Assembly: GCA_030591565.1 (NCBI GenBank)
Contig: JAUVAU010000002.1
Span: forward strand, 12,856 to 76,855
Source of the DNA: Deltaproteobacteria bacterium
GTDB taxonomy: Bacteria; Desulfobacterota; Deferrisomatia; Deferrisomatales; BM512
Length of the DNA: 64,000 nucleotides
Direction of reading: 5' to 3'
Part shown: in pieces, positions 41,856-50,804 of the stretch
Layout of the letters: each line of letters begins with the position of its first letter
Numbering within the stretch: the first letter of the stretch is position 1
Translations under genes and position numbers: made by a program
Notes under the pieces: generated by a model
Database searches by the model: none
What the model was told of the DNA's origin: nothing
The model's input: the letters and a program-made list of their open reading frames with translations, nothing else

Positions 41856-43647
41856 ACCCCTTCCAGTCCGGCCCGGTCAGTCCCAGCCCGTCCATCTTTT
41901 CTCGCGTTGGCACCCCTGCGGTGTCCCATCCCCTGAACCGGTAGTATTCATCCAGCATGGGTGTGAGGTCAACGGTGCGCCCCGCCGCCGGTCCTGTGTC
42001 CACCGACTGCTCCAGCAGTCTGCGGGGCAGGGTGTCGTCCTTGCGGCCAAAGCCGCGCTCGATATTTATCAGCCGCTCCAGGTTGTAAATGCGTTCGCCC
42101 ACGCCCATCAACCCCTGGGCGTCTATCTCCATCCCCGTGGCGCATCTGACAAGCCGGGCGTAGTAATCGTCCTTTAACGCAAAGGAGGTGAAGCGGCACA
42201 TCACCAGCGAATCCACCGCTGCGTTGAGGTTCTGGGAGACGATGACGAGCCCCGCCTTGCCCGAGGTGGCGAAGCGGTCAATCAGCTTGGGGGTGGCAAG
42301 AATCTCGGGCGCGATCATGTACGAGCGCAGGTGGCACCCCCCACGGTTGGAGGTGGCGTAGGAGAGCCCCTGGCCCTGAGCGCCGCGAGGGTCGTAAGCG
42401 GGAAGCTCCATCCCCTTGACTGTCATGGAGACCTCCGGGGTTCCTACCAACTCGCCAAGTTTTTTGGAGCCGTGCATTAACTGCGCACCCGGCCCCTCTC
42501 CAACCGCTATCTGCCCAAGGAGTTTCGCCAACCCCTCAAAGCCCTCTGCCAGGGGGTCGAACTCCAGCGAACCCTTCTCATACAGCTCGCGGGCGGCAGC
42601 GATGGTGGAGCCTGTGGAGACGGTGTCCAGCCCGAGATCGTTTGCCAGCCGGTTCAGCTTCGCCACGACCTTCAAGTCGTCAATCCCCAGATCGGCCCCA
42701 AAGGACCAGAGGGTCTCGAACTCAGGCCCCGCGAACCGCTCCGAGTCCACTTCGACCAGCCTGCCACAGGCAATGCGGCAACCGGGACAGCCATGGCGGC
42801 CTACTGTCAGGGTATCGCGTAGCGCCTCGCCGCTGATTTTATTCGCCCCGGCGAACCGGCCCTTGCGAAAATTCTCCACCGGCAGCACCTCGGCGGTGTT
42901 CATCACATTCATCAGTACCGGGGTGCCGAACTGGCTCAGGCCCCTTGCCGTTATCGGCTGTGCGGCTAGCAGTTTATTGCATTCAGCCGTTACGAAGCCA
43001 AACCCCTGCGCGTCAGCAGCCGTAAAGGTCTCTGCGTCGCCTCTGCCTATCACGACCGCTTTGAGCTTCTTGTTGCCGAAGAGCGCACCCAGGCCGCCCC
43101 GGCCAAAAAACCTGCCGTTGTGGCAAATATTAGCCATGAGCGAGAGGTTTTCCCCCGCTGGTCCGATGGTCATTACAGCACTGTTTTTGCCATATTCGTC
43201 ATGGAGGAATTTTCTGGAGAGTTCGTTGCCCAGCCCCCACAGTCTCTCGGCGGAAAGGAACTTCACCCCGGTGGAGTCTATTACAAGCAGCGTCGGGGAA
43301 GCGGCCTGCCCCACGATCATCAACGCGTCAAAGCCGCACTGCTTTAGCTTTTGCGCGCCGCGTCCGCCCGAGTTGGAGTCAAAAATAGTGGAGGTGAGCG
43401 GTGAGATGGAGGTGAGCGAGCTTCGCCAGGAGCTTGGTGCGCGCGAACCGGTGAGGGGTCCGGCGGCGAAGATGACCGGCATGCGCGGGTCGAAGGGGTC
43501 GCCTATATGCATCCCCGAGGCGCGCAGCAGATAGGCGCCAAGGCCCCTGCCGCCCAGATAGGCTTGAAGGGTCCGGGACTCGATGGCTTCAGTGGAAAAG
43601 GTCTTGCCGGTCAGATCGACCTTGAGGAGTTTGCCGGTCCAGCCCAC
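41842..43647 (-). CDS. aor: Aldehyde:ferredoxin oxidoreductase (tungstopterin AOR family)
   Basis: N-terminus MGWTGKLLKVDLTGK.....I......YLGGRGLGAYLL, ..GCPGCRIACGR.. [4Fe-4S] cysteines, and ..TSNRGGCHLRSY.. ; 601 aa. Confidence 0.9.
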   Translation of the reverse strand: MGWTGKLLKVDLTGKTFSTEAIESRTLQAYLGGRGLGAYLLRASGMHIGDPFDPRMPVIFAAGPLTGSRAPSSWRSSLTSISPLTSTIFDSNSGGRGAQKLKQCGFDALMIVGQAASPTLLVIDSTGVKFLSAERLWGLGNELSRKFLHDEYGKNSAVMTIGPAGENLSLMANICHNGRFFGRGGLGALFGNKKLKAVVIGRGDAETFTAADAQGFGFVTAECNKLLAAQPITARGLSQFGTPVLMNVMNTAEVLPVENFRKGRFAGANKISGEALRDTLTVGRHGCPGCRIACGRLVEVDSERFAGPEFETLWSFGADLGIDDLKVVAKLNRLANDLGLDTVSTGSTIAAARELYEKGSLEFDPLAEGFEGLAKLLGQIAVGEGPGAQLMHGSKKLGELVGTPEVSMTVKGMELPAYDPRGAQGQGLSYATSNRGGCHLRSYMIAPEILATPKLIDRFATSGKAGLVIVSQNLNAAVDSLVMCRFTSFALKDDYYARLVRCATGMEIDAQGLMGVGERIYNLERLINIERGFGRKDDTLPRRLLEQSVDTGPAAGRTVDLTPMLDEYYRFRGWDTAGVPTREKMDGLGLTGPDWKGFGDA

Positions 43648-43650
43648 CGG

Positions 43651-43905
43651 TTACTCCTTACTATTCTTATAGGCTTCAGCGCATTCGGTGGAGCAGAAAT
43701 AGTGGCCGTTTGCGCCCTTGATCGCCGTGGATTTTGGGGTGTATACCCCGCACTGGGGATCTTCAACCAGCTCGTCGCCACTCTTGGCGGTGGGCTTTTG
43801 CTTTTCCGTACCGGCCTTTTCCTCGACCGAGGGTTTGGAGGAGAACCCCTTGATCAGCCTGTAGACCAGGTAGAGGAGCGCGAGGTTGAATATCCACTTG
43901 AGCAT
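43651..43905 (-). CDS. Small membrane-anchored YHS/TRASH-like Cys-motif protein
   Basis: MLKWIFNLALLYLVYRLI (TM), then ..DPQCGVY.......ANGHYFCSTECAEAY, which matches the YHS pattern DPvCG...(n)..FCSxxC. ATG 43905 has a GAGGGA SD. The longer ORF overlapping folK is rejected. Confidence 0.6.
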   Translation of the reverse strand: MLKWIFNLALLYLVYRLIKGFSSKPSVEEKAGTEKQKPTAKSGDELVEDPQCGVYTPKSTAIKGANGHYFCSTECAEAYKNSKE

Positions 43906-43930
43906 TTGGTTTGGTCCCTCGGTGTCGGTG

Positions 43931-44452
43931 TCACTTATCTGAAATAGGGTCGAAATCAACCCGTTGCGGTCGCGGCGAAGAGATATCTTCAATGGCAGAC
44001 AACATTTCATCCACGGTCAGGTTGCTGACGGGATGACGTGCGGAGCCGCCCACCTCGGAGAGCGGTAGCAACACGAACTCACGGCTCTCCATCCTGGGGT
44101 GGGGGATTGTCGTGTGCGCGCTGTCCACCACCAGGTCGCCCCAGAGGATGATATCAAGATCCACGGTCCTGGGGCCGTCTTGCACCTCGCGAACCCTGCC
44201 CAGCTGGTGTTCGATCCCAATCAGCGCGGCCATGAGTTGGTCCGGTTCCAGCCCTGTCGTCAGCGCAATCGCGCCGTTGAAAAAATCGGGCTGCCCCTCG
44301 GGGCCGCCGACGGGCGCGGTGCGGTAGAGGCCGCTGACATCGGTCACCCTGGTCGTGGGCAGCTGGTGTATAAGGGCTACTGCCTTGGCCAGATTCTCTT
44401 CAACGTCGCCGATATTGCCGCCGATGGCGACGTATACAGCGGACGGCGTCAA
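43931..44452 (-). CDS. folK: 2-amino-4-hydroxy-6-hydroxymethyldihydropteridine diphosphokinase FolK
   Basis: ..VYVAIGGNIGD....L..A...........S.LY.T.PVG...QP.F.N....L.T........L..IE..LGR.R....GPRT.DLDI.L.. Confidence 0.9.
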   Translation of the reverse strand: MTPSAVYVAIGGNIGDVEENLAKAVALIHQLPTTRVTDVSGLYRTAPVGGPEGQPDFFNGAIALTTGLEPDQLMAALIGIEHQLGRVREVQDGPRTVDLDIILWGDLVVDSAHTTIPHPRMESREFVLLPLSEVGGSARHPVSNLTVDEMLSAIEDISSPRPQRVDFDPISDK

Positions 44453-45618
44453 ACCAGCTTCGCCGCCTTGATCCGTTCAACCGCTTCGATGAGCCGTGCT
44501 TCGGGCAGGCAGAGCGTCATGCGAATGAAGCCCTCGCCGCTGGGGCCAAAACCATTGCCGGGGGTTGCCACTATGCCGGCATCATCCAGAAGCTCCTTGG
44601 CGAAGCCGGAAGAGGTCTGCCCTTTGGGAACCCTGAACCAGACGTAGAGGGAAGCGGAGGGTGAGGTGACGGTGAAGCCTGCCTCGCGTAGCCCGTCAAC
44701 CAGCACGTCACGGCGCTTCCGGTAGAGGTCGCGTAACGCCGCCTGCTCCGACTGGTCGCCTTCGATTGCCTCAATGGCTGCGATTTGTATGGCCTCGAAG
44801 AGGCCCGAATCTATATTGGTCTTGATCTTGCCCAGCCCCGCGACCACGTCGGCGTTGCCAACGCAGAAACCCACGCGCCAGCCGGTCATGTTGTAGGTCT
44901 TGGAGAGGCTGTGGAATTCGACACCCACATCCTTTGCGCCCTCGACCTCAAGAAAGCTTACCGGCATGTCGTCGCCAAAGTAAAGCTCGGTGTAGGCGGC
45001 GTCGTGGCAGACGATTATGTTGTTCTTTTTCGCGAACGCCACCACGCGCTCAAAAAACGCCTTGTCCGCCGGTGCGGCGGTGGGGTTGTTGGGGTAGTTG
45101 AGAAACATCAGCTTGGTTTTTTCCAGCACATCGGCGGGGATCGCGTCGAAGTCCGGCAGAAAGCAGTTCTCCTCGGTGAGCGGCATATAGTAGGAGGAGC
45201 CGCCGGCGAAGAGGGTGCCGATATTGTAGACCGGGTAGCCGGGATCGGGGACCAGGTTTATGTCGCCGGGGTTGGTAAACGCCAGGCTTATATGTGCGAT
45301 GCCCTCTTTGGAGCCGATAAGGCTGACGACCTCGGTGTCCGGGTCCAGTTTCACGCCAAAGCGGCTGTCATACCAGCGGGCCACCGATTCGCGGAACACT
45401 CCCAGCCCCTGGTAGGAGGGATAGCGGTGGTATGCCGGATTCCTTGAGGCCTCATCCAACTTGTCGATGATGTAGGAGAAGGTGGGCTGGTCGGGGTCGC
45501 CTATGCCAAGATCGATTATATCCACGCCCCGGTCTTTCGCAGCGTTTTTCGCCCTGTCAATCTCTGCGAAGAGATAGGGCGGCAGCTCGGCCACCCTATC
45601 CGCTAATTTGATATCCAT
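44449..45618 (-). CDS. dapL: LL-diaminopimelate aminotransferase (DapL-type class I aminotransferase)
   Basis: MDIKLADRVAELPPYLFAEIDR.....K..GVDIIDLGIGDPD.PT, and the PLP-lysine context ..SLSKTYNMTGWR.G. It is adjacent to dapB and dapA. ATG 45618 has an AAGGGAG SD. Confidence 0.85.
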   Translation of the reverse strand: MDIKLADRVAELPPYLFAEIDRAKNAAKDRGVDIIDLGIGDPDQPTFSYIIDKLDEASRNPAYHRYPSYQGLGVFRESVARWYDSRFGVKLDPDTEVVSLIGSKEGIAHISLAFTNPGDINLVPDPGYPVYNIGTLFAGGSSYYMPLTEENCFLPDFDAIPADVLEKTKLMFLNYPNNPTAAPADKAFFERVVAFAKKNNIIVCHDAAYTELYFGDDMPVSFLEVEGAKDVGVEFHSLSKTYNMTGWRVGFCVGNADVVAGLGKIKTNIDSGLFEAIQIAAIEAIEGDQSEQAALRDLYRKRRDVLVDGLREAGFTVTSPSASLYVWFRVPKGQTSSGFAKELLDDAGIVATPGNGFGPSGEGFIRMTLCLPEARLIEAVERIKAAKLV

Positions 45619-45644
45619 TTCAACTCCCTTGCAAATCCCCAAAT

Positions 45645-46445
45645 TTAATTGAGTCCAAGTAGGTCCATCATTTCATAAACGCCCGGCTCCTGTTTGTTGA
45701 TCCAGAAGGCGGCGCGCAGCGCGCCACGGGCAAAGTTTTCACGATTTGTCGCCTTATGCGTCAGTTCGAGCCGCTCACCAAGAGCGCCGAAGATGACCGT
45801 GTGGTCGCCGACCACGTCGCCCGAGCGTATGGCGTGCATGCCAATCTCTCTCGTGGTGCGCTCGCCAACCAATCCTTCGCGGCCATGTACGAGGTCGGAG
45901 GAGATGTCGCGCCCCAGCGCGCTGGCGGCGGCCTCGGCGAGCCTCTTTGCCGAACCTGAGGGTGCGTCTTTTTTGAAGCGGTGGTGGGTCTCGACTATCT
46001 CCACGTCGAAATCATCACCTAAAAGCTTGGCGGTCTCCTCCACGAGCTTGAAGAGCACGTTCATGCCCACGCTCATGTTGGGGGCGAAAAATATCTTGCC
46101 GTCGGTGCGGGCTTGAACTTGCGCTTTTTGCTCGGGCGAAAAGCCGGTGGAGCCTATGACTATGGCGGCGCCCGCGCCAAGCGCAACGTCGATGTGGGCC
46201 AGCGAGGCTTCGGCGCTGGTAAAGTCTATCACCACGTCCGAGCCTTCAACCGCAGCGGCCAGTCCGGCCTTTATCTCTACGCCAAGGGGACCCGTCCCGG
46301 CAAATTCGCCGGCGTCGCGCCCTACGGCGGGGCTATCGGGATGCTCGGCGGCGCCCACCACCTCGATGCCTTCAGCCTCGGTCAAGAGCCCGACGATTAG
46401 CGAACCCATGCGGCCCGCCGCTCCGGTAACTGTTGCGCGGATCAT
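45645..46445 (-). CDS. dapB: 4-hydroxy-tetrahydrodipicolinate reductase DapB
   Basis: ..VTGAAGRMG.., ..VIDFT.., ..IGSTGF.., ..E.HH..K.DAPSGSA.. Confidence 0.92.
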   Translation of the reverse strand: MIRATVTGAAGRMGSLIVGLLTEAEGIEVVGAAEHPDSPAVGRDAGEFAGTGPLGVEIKAGLAAAVEGSDVVIDFTSAEASLAHIDVALGAGAAIVIGSTGFSPEQKAQVQARTDGKIFFAPNMSVGMNVLFKLVEETAKLLGDDFDVEIVETHHRFKKDAPSGSAKRLAEAAASALGRDISSDLVHGREGLVGERTTREIGMHAIRSGDVVGDHTVIFGALGERLELTHKATNRENFARGALRAAFWINKQEPGVYEMMDLLGLN

Positions 46446-47329
46446 TTCTGTTCATCCTTGATAAGGCCGTAATCATTCAGAGCCGATACCAGTATGTCGC
46501 GGTTGGCTTCATCCATCCTGCAAAGGGGAAGACGAACCTCGGGGGCGATCTGCCCGATGCGCGCCATGGCGGTCTTGATCGGGATCGGGTTGGTCTCGAT
46601 GAAGAGCGCCCTTATCAGCGGCAGCAGCTTGTAGTGAAGGCGTTTGGCCTCGGCCATGTCGCCATCTTCATATGCTTTGACCAGACCGGCCATATCCGCC
46701 GGGGCGATATTGGAGACCACGGAGATGACACCCCTGCCGCCCACACTGAGAAGGGGCAGCACGGTGGAGTCGTCGCCTGAGAGGACGCAGAAATCGTCGG
46801 GGCAGGCCGCGATGATGTCGGTCACCTGATTCAACGACGCCGTCGCCTCCTTGATCCCGACTATACCGTCAATCTCCGCCAGGCGGGCCACTGTCTGTGG
46901 GGCCAGGCTCACGCCGGTGCGGCTGGGCACATTGTAGGCGACGATGGGGATCTTGGCCTCGGTGGCGATGGCTCTGTAATGGGAGAGCATCCCCTCGATG
47001 GTGGGCTTGTTGTAGTAGGGGGTGATGACCAGCGCGGCGCTGGCCCCGGCCTGCTTGGCGAACTTGGTCAACTCCACCGCCTCGGCGGTATTGTTGGAGC
47101 CGGTGCCCGCTATTACCGGCACCTTGCCGCGAGCCTCCTCGATGGCGATCTCGATAATCTTGCGATGCTCGTCGTGACTCATCGTGGCGGACTCGCCGGT
47201 GGTGCCGCAGGGCACCAAGCCGTCGATCCCCTGCTCGATCTGGTTGGCTATGTGACTCCTGAAAGCGTTCTCATCGATTCCACCCTGGTAAAAGGGGGTG
47301 ACTAGCGCTGTCAATGCTCCGCGAAACAT
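46442..47329 (-). CDS. dapA: 4-hydroxy-tetrahydrodipicolinate synthase DapA
   Basis: ..GALTALVTPF....IDE.AF......Q...G.DGLVPCGTTGES.T.S..EH.., ..YNVPSRTG.., ..GIKEA.. (Schiff-base Lys). Confidence 0.92.
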   Translation of the reverse strand: MFRGALTALVTPFYQGGIDENAFRSHIANQIEQGIDGLVPCGTTGESATMSHDEHRKIIEIAIEEARGKVPVIAGTGSNNTAEAVELTKFAKQAGASAALVITPYYNKPTIEGMLSHYRAIATEAKIPIVAYNVPSRTGVSLAPQTVARLAEIDGIVGIKEATASLNQVTDIIAACPDDFCVLSGDDSTVLPLLSVGGRGVISVVSNIAPADMAGLVKAYEDGDMAEAKRLHYKLLPLIRALFIETNPIPIKTAMARIGQIAPEVRLPLCRMDEANRDILVSALNDYGLIKDEQK

Positions 47330-47413
47330 GGTCGTGCCTCCTGTGTAAAAACCTGAATACAGCTCGTTATTTAATGATGAAGATTGAGCCGCCGGATGAT
47401 AAGTTGGATACTA

Positions 47414-47680
47414 TCACTCGGAGGCGACAGGGCAACCGGCGCACGCTGGTTTGGAACCCGAACTTCCGCAGGCGTCTGCTGCGGGTTTAGAGGGTTTCTC
47501 CCCGGCGAAGTCGGTCTGGTACCAGCCGGAGCCCTTGAGGGCGAACGAGCTGCGGGAGATCAGCTTTTCAACCGGTCCCTTGCCGCAGTGGAGACAGGTT
47601 TCGAGCGGCGGATCGGAAAACTTGCGCTGCAGCTCGAACGCGTCGCCGCAGGATTGGCATTCATACTCATATATGGGCAT
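47414..47680 (-). CDS. FmdB-family zinc-ribbon regulatory protein
   Basis: MPIYEYECQSCGDAFE...KFSD.PL..C..CG.GPV.KLIS, the classic CxxC...CxxC N-terminus. Confidence 0.8.
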   Translation of the reverse strand: MPIYEYECQSCGDAFELQRKFSDPPLETCLHCGKGPVEKLISRSSFALKGSGWYQTDFAGEKPSKPAADACGSSGSKPACAGCPVASE

Positions 47681-47745
47681 AGCAAAACCTCTCGCTACCG
47701 TAATAGTATTTTACGAAAAATAGGATTGGGGAATATAACACCGCG

Positions 47746-48903
47746 ATGGCTTCTAGGCAACCTGACCGAAAATCTTGGTGGATGACCGGCGAAGGGGTAA
47801 CCCTCGGGGCGGGGCTGGTCAATATCGCGCTGGGAATAGTGAAGACTTTCGCGGGGTCGGCGTGGGGTAGCGTGGCGCTGATGGCCGATGGTCTGCACTC
47901 CTTCTCCGACCTGGCTACCGACGTGGTTGTGTTGGTGGGCTACCGGCTGGGAAGAATGCCCGAGGATGAGCGGCACCCTTACGGCCACGGCCGCATCGAG
48001 ACCTTCGCCACGCTGGTGATGGGGCTTGTGGTTGGCGCGGTGGGGGTGGGGCTGGCGGTGGACGCCGCCCTCACCATGAAATCGGGTGAAGTTGCCGAGA
48101 TTCCCTCTGCAATGGCGCTGTGGGCGGCGTTTGTGTCGATAATCGTCAAGGAAGGGCTCTTCCAGTGGACCGCCTTTGTGGCCCGCGACTGCGATTCGAG
48201 ATTGATCCTCTCCAACGCCTGGCACCACCGCACCGACGCCATCTCTTCGGCCGCCGTGGTTGGGGGCATCTTAGCCAGCCGCATGGGCTTTTCCTGGGGC
48301 GACCCCCTGGCCGCCGGGGTTGTGGGGCTATTCATCATAAAGGTCGGGTGGAATCTGTGCCTCCCGGCATTCGATGACCTCACCGACGCCGACCCGGGGG
48401 AGGAGCTTTTACGGGAAGTGAACAGGGTGATCGGATCGGTGGATGGCGTGAAAGGCCAGCACAAGGTAAAGGCGCGCCGCGCCGGAGCCGAGATATTCAT
48501 CGACGCCGACATTGAAGTGGGTCCTGAGCTGAGCGTAATACAGGGCCATGAGATCGCCCGGGATGTGAACCGCGCGCTCCATGCCCAGATCAAGAACGTG
48601 CGCGACACGATGATCCATGTCGAGCCGCTGGGCGCGCATGACGGCATCTACCGTAAATCGGTCAAGGACTCCACCATGGAAGCGGCTGGAAAAATAGCCC
48701 TGGAAGAGCCCGATGTTATGGGCGTGCACGCCATAAGAGCGATTCCCCTGGAGACCGGTTATCTTCTCAACCTTGATATTGAACTAGAACCGGAATTGAC
48801 GGTGAGCGAGTCACATGAGATCGCGCATCGGATTAAGGAGAGAATCAAGGCGCTTTCGGAGGTGGGGGATGTTGTTGTTCATGTGGATATTCATGGTGAA
48901 TAG
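47746..48903 (+). CDS. Cation diffusion facilitator (CDF) transporter with a duplicated C-terminal cytoplasmic domain
   Basis: TM domain with ..ADGLHSFSDL.. and ..NAWHHRTDA.. metal-site motifs. It is followed by two consecutive ZT-dimer-like segments (V.G.H.V.ARRAGAEIFIDADIEV.PELSV..GHEIA..V......VRDTMIHVEP and V.GVHAIRAIPLETGYLLNLDIELEPELTVSESHEIAHRI......VGDVVVHVDIH). Confidence 0.85.
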   Translation: MASRQPDRKSWWMTGEGVTLGAGLVNIALGIVKTFAGSAWGSVALMADGLHSFSDLATDVVVLVGYRLGRMPEDERHPYGHGRIETFATLVMGLVVGAVGVGLAVDAALTMKSGEVAEIPSAMALWAAFVSIIVKEGLFQWTAFVARDCDSRLILSNAWHHRTDAISSAAVVGGILASRMGFSWGDPLAAGVVGLFIIKVGWNLCLPAFDDLTDADPGEELLREVNRVIGSVDGVKGQHKVKARRAGAEIFIDADIEVGPELSVIQGHEIARDVNRALHAQIKNVRDTMIHVEPLGAHDGIYRKSVKDSTMEAAGKIALEEPDVMGVHAIRAIPLETGYLLNLDIELEPELTVSESHEIAHRIKERIKALSEVGDVVVHVDIHGE

Positions 48904-49065
48904 TTTCGACTTCGCTTCTCGGTCGGTCGACTTCGCCCCTCGCCCAAATCCTGCGTCATCGTCTGCTCTCGGTCGTTCGGCGTATAAAAATACTGCCTCC
49001 CTCCCTCGCTTGTCGATTCCTTGTCTTTGAACGAGTTGCTGTGTCGTTTTTTCTATATTAAAACT

Positions 49066-49100
49066 AAAAGAGGGCCTTCAACTGAAAAGCCCTCTTCAAT
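49066..49100 (-). terminator. Terminator-like hairpin downstream of the TPR gene, in a convergent intergenic region
   Basis: AAGAGGGC (49068-49075) / GCCCTCTT (49089-49096), a perfect 8-bp stem with a 13-nt loop. On the minus strand it is followed by TTTAGTTTTAAT. Confidence 0.45.
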
Positions 49101-49128
49101 GAATATTAGATAGTGAAAGGGGGGCTGT

Positions 49129-49836
49129 TTACCCCAGTCCTTTTTCCGCCAGCCGTATGTACATATTAGCCTTGGCGTCGTCGGGGTCGCGAGCCAGCAC
49201 CGCTTTCCAGTTCGTAAGCGCTTTTTCAATCTCTCCCTGTCCATACCAGGAGATGCCCAGCTGTACTTGTGCGGGGCTGTAGGCGGGGCTTTCTTCCAGG
49301 ACTTTTTCGAATTCGCCAACGGCGGCGTCGTGCTGGCCCATGTCGCGGTAGAGTACGCCCAGCCGTGTGAGCACGTCGGGGAAGGCTGCTCTCAGTTTGG
49401 TGGCGGTGTTGTATTCTTTCAGGGCGTCGTCGTAGAGACCCAGGCCATGATAAATCTCGGCCAGCTCAAAGTGCAGGTTGGCGATGCGGCCCTTGATGAA
49501 GGGGTCCACCGAGCCTTTGTCCACGCTGGCGGATTTGGACGCTTTGTCGAAGGCCTTTTCGCCCTCCGGGTATTCTCCCGTGTCGTTAAGCACGATGGAG
49601 AGGTTCAGGCTGGCTTCGGTGTAGTTGGGGTTTATTTCCAGTGCGCGCCTGAAGCCTTTTTTGGCTTTTTCGTAGTCGTTCTGGACAAAGGCGATGACGC
49701 CGACCATGTTGAAGACGTCGGCGAACTGCCCACCCTCTTTTACCAGTTGATCGAAGTTTTCCCGAGCCTCATCGTAGCGGTGTTCATTGAAAGCGGCGGT
49801 CCCCTTTTGATAGAGATCCATCAACGTCTTTTCCAT
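49129..49836 (-). CDS. Tetratricopeptide-repeat protein
   Basis: Repeated TPR pattern (..YDEARENFDQL.., ..YEKAKKGFRRALEINPNY.EA.., ..YDDALKEYN.A..L...), ATG 49836 with a GGAGG SD. Confidence 0.7.
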   Translation of the reverse strand: MEKTLMDLYQKGTAAFNEHRYDEARENFDQLVKEGGQFADVFNMVGVIAFVQNDYEKAKKGFRRALEINPNYTEASLNLSIVLNDTGEYPEGEKAFDKASKSASVDKGSVDPFIKGRIANLHFELAEIYHGLGLYDDALKEYNTATKLRAAFPDVLTRLGVLYRDMGQHDAAVGEFEKVLEESPAYSPAQVQLGISWYGQGEIEKALTNWKAVLARDPDDAKANMYIRLAEKGLG

Positions 49837-49876
49837 GTCAAGCCTCCAGTGGCGAGCGTCGCATACCCGGTTCGGG

Positions 49877-50734
49877 CTACTTCGTCTCCAGTATCTTAAC
49901 ATCTTCCAGGGCTTTTTGTGCTCTGGCTTTTTTTTCTTCGGCCAAAGAGATGCCCCTTTTCAGCGCAATCGACTTGTCTTCGAGGTCAACCCGCTCCTCG
50001 CCCTCATCCTCGCCCAGCTTTGCCATATCCCCGGCCACCGCTACGTCGTTTTCCTTGAGATCAACGATCCTCCCATCAAGGTCCTCAACCAACTCGGTGA
50101 GATTTTCCGAGAGGTCGGGTAACAGCTCGGCTGAGTTGGCGGCGGCTTCGGTGTCCGGGTAGAGAGCCAAAAGGGTCTGCAGGCGGCCAAGCGCGGATAT
50201 GGGTTCGCCCGTGCGAAGGTAGAACTTGGCTACGTACAGTTCATGCTCGGCCATCATGTTCAGCGCGTCGGCGCGCAGCTCAGTGGCCTGGGCTTTGTAA
50301 GTGGAGTTGGGAAAGAGTTCGAGCAGCCGGTCGGTGATGGAGGCGACACGTTTGGTGAACATCTGGTCGCGGTCCTCCGAGTCGACCATCTCCGAGTAAC
50401 ACAGCGCTTGGCGGAAGATGGCGTAATCCACCCTGGGATGGAAGGGGTGGAAGCTCTCGAAGTTGGAGTACGCCTTGGCCGCCGTATTGTATTTGTCGTC
50501 GGCATAGAGCGAGTCGGCTTCCAATAGCTCGGCGTCGATGGCCAGCGGCGAGAAGGGATACTCCTCTCGCAACAGGTCCAGCAGCTCCACAGCGTCCTCG
50601 TAGTCGCCATCTTCAACCGCTGCCTGAGCGTCGCGGAAGAGTTCCTCGGGCGGCGGGGCTACGGTTACATCGGTTGAGGAGCATCCTGAAAAGAGCAGCG
50701 CAAAAATGGCTGCGGTGAAAACGAAACTGCGCAT
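49877..50734 (-). CDS. bamD: Outer-membrane protein assembly factor BamD (lipoprotein) with extended acidic C-terminus
   Basis: Lipobox LLFSG|CSS, and the BamD/YfiO TPR-like pattern (..LF..A......GDY..A...L..L...YP.S.....A.L..A...Y......A.....F...HP.HP.VDYA.F....CY..). Confidence 0.8.
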   Translation of the reverse strand: MRSFVFTAAIFALLFSGCSSTDVTVAPPPEELFRDAQAAVEDGDYEDAVELLDLLREEYPFSPLAIDAELLEADSLYADDKYNTAAKAYSNFESFHPFHPRVDYAIFRQALCYSEMVDSEDRDQMFTKRVASITDRLLELFPNSTYKAQATELRADALNMMAEHELYVAKFYLRTGEPISALGRLQTLLALYPDTEAAANSAELLPDLSENLTELVEDLDGRIVDLKENDVAVAGDMAKLGEDEGEERVDLEDKSIALKRGISLAEEKKARAQKALEDVKILETK

Positions 50735-50804
50735 TTATTTCCTCGGCAAAGGGCTTGAAGAAAGCCCGTAAGTCATAACAATTGAAAAAATAGCGATAAA
50801 ATGC

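Noticed and set aside
48904-49060. Short direct repeats downstream of the CDF gene (TCGACTTCGC x2, CTCGGTCG x2)
   Set aside because: The repeats are 8-10 bp in a TCG-rich low-complexity stretch. They have no regular spacing and no array structure, and they are not CRISPR-like.
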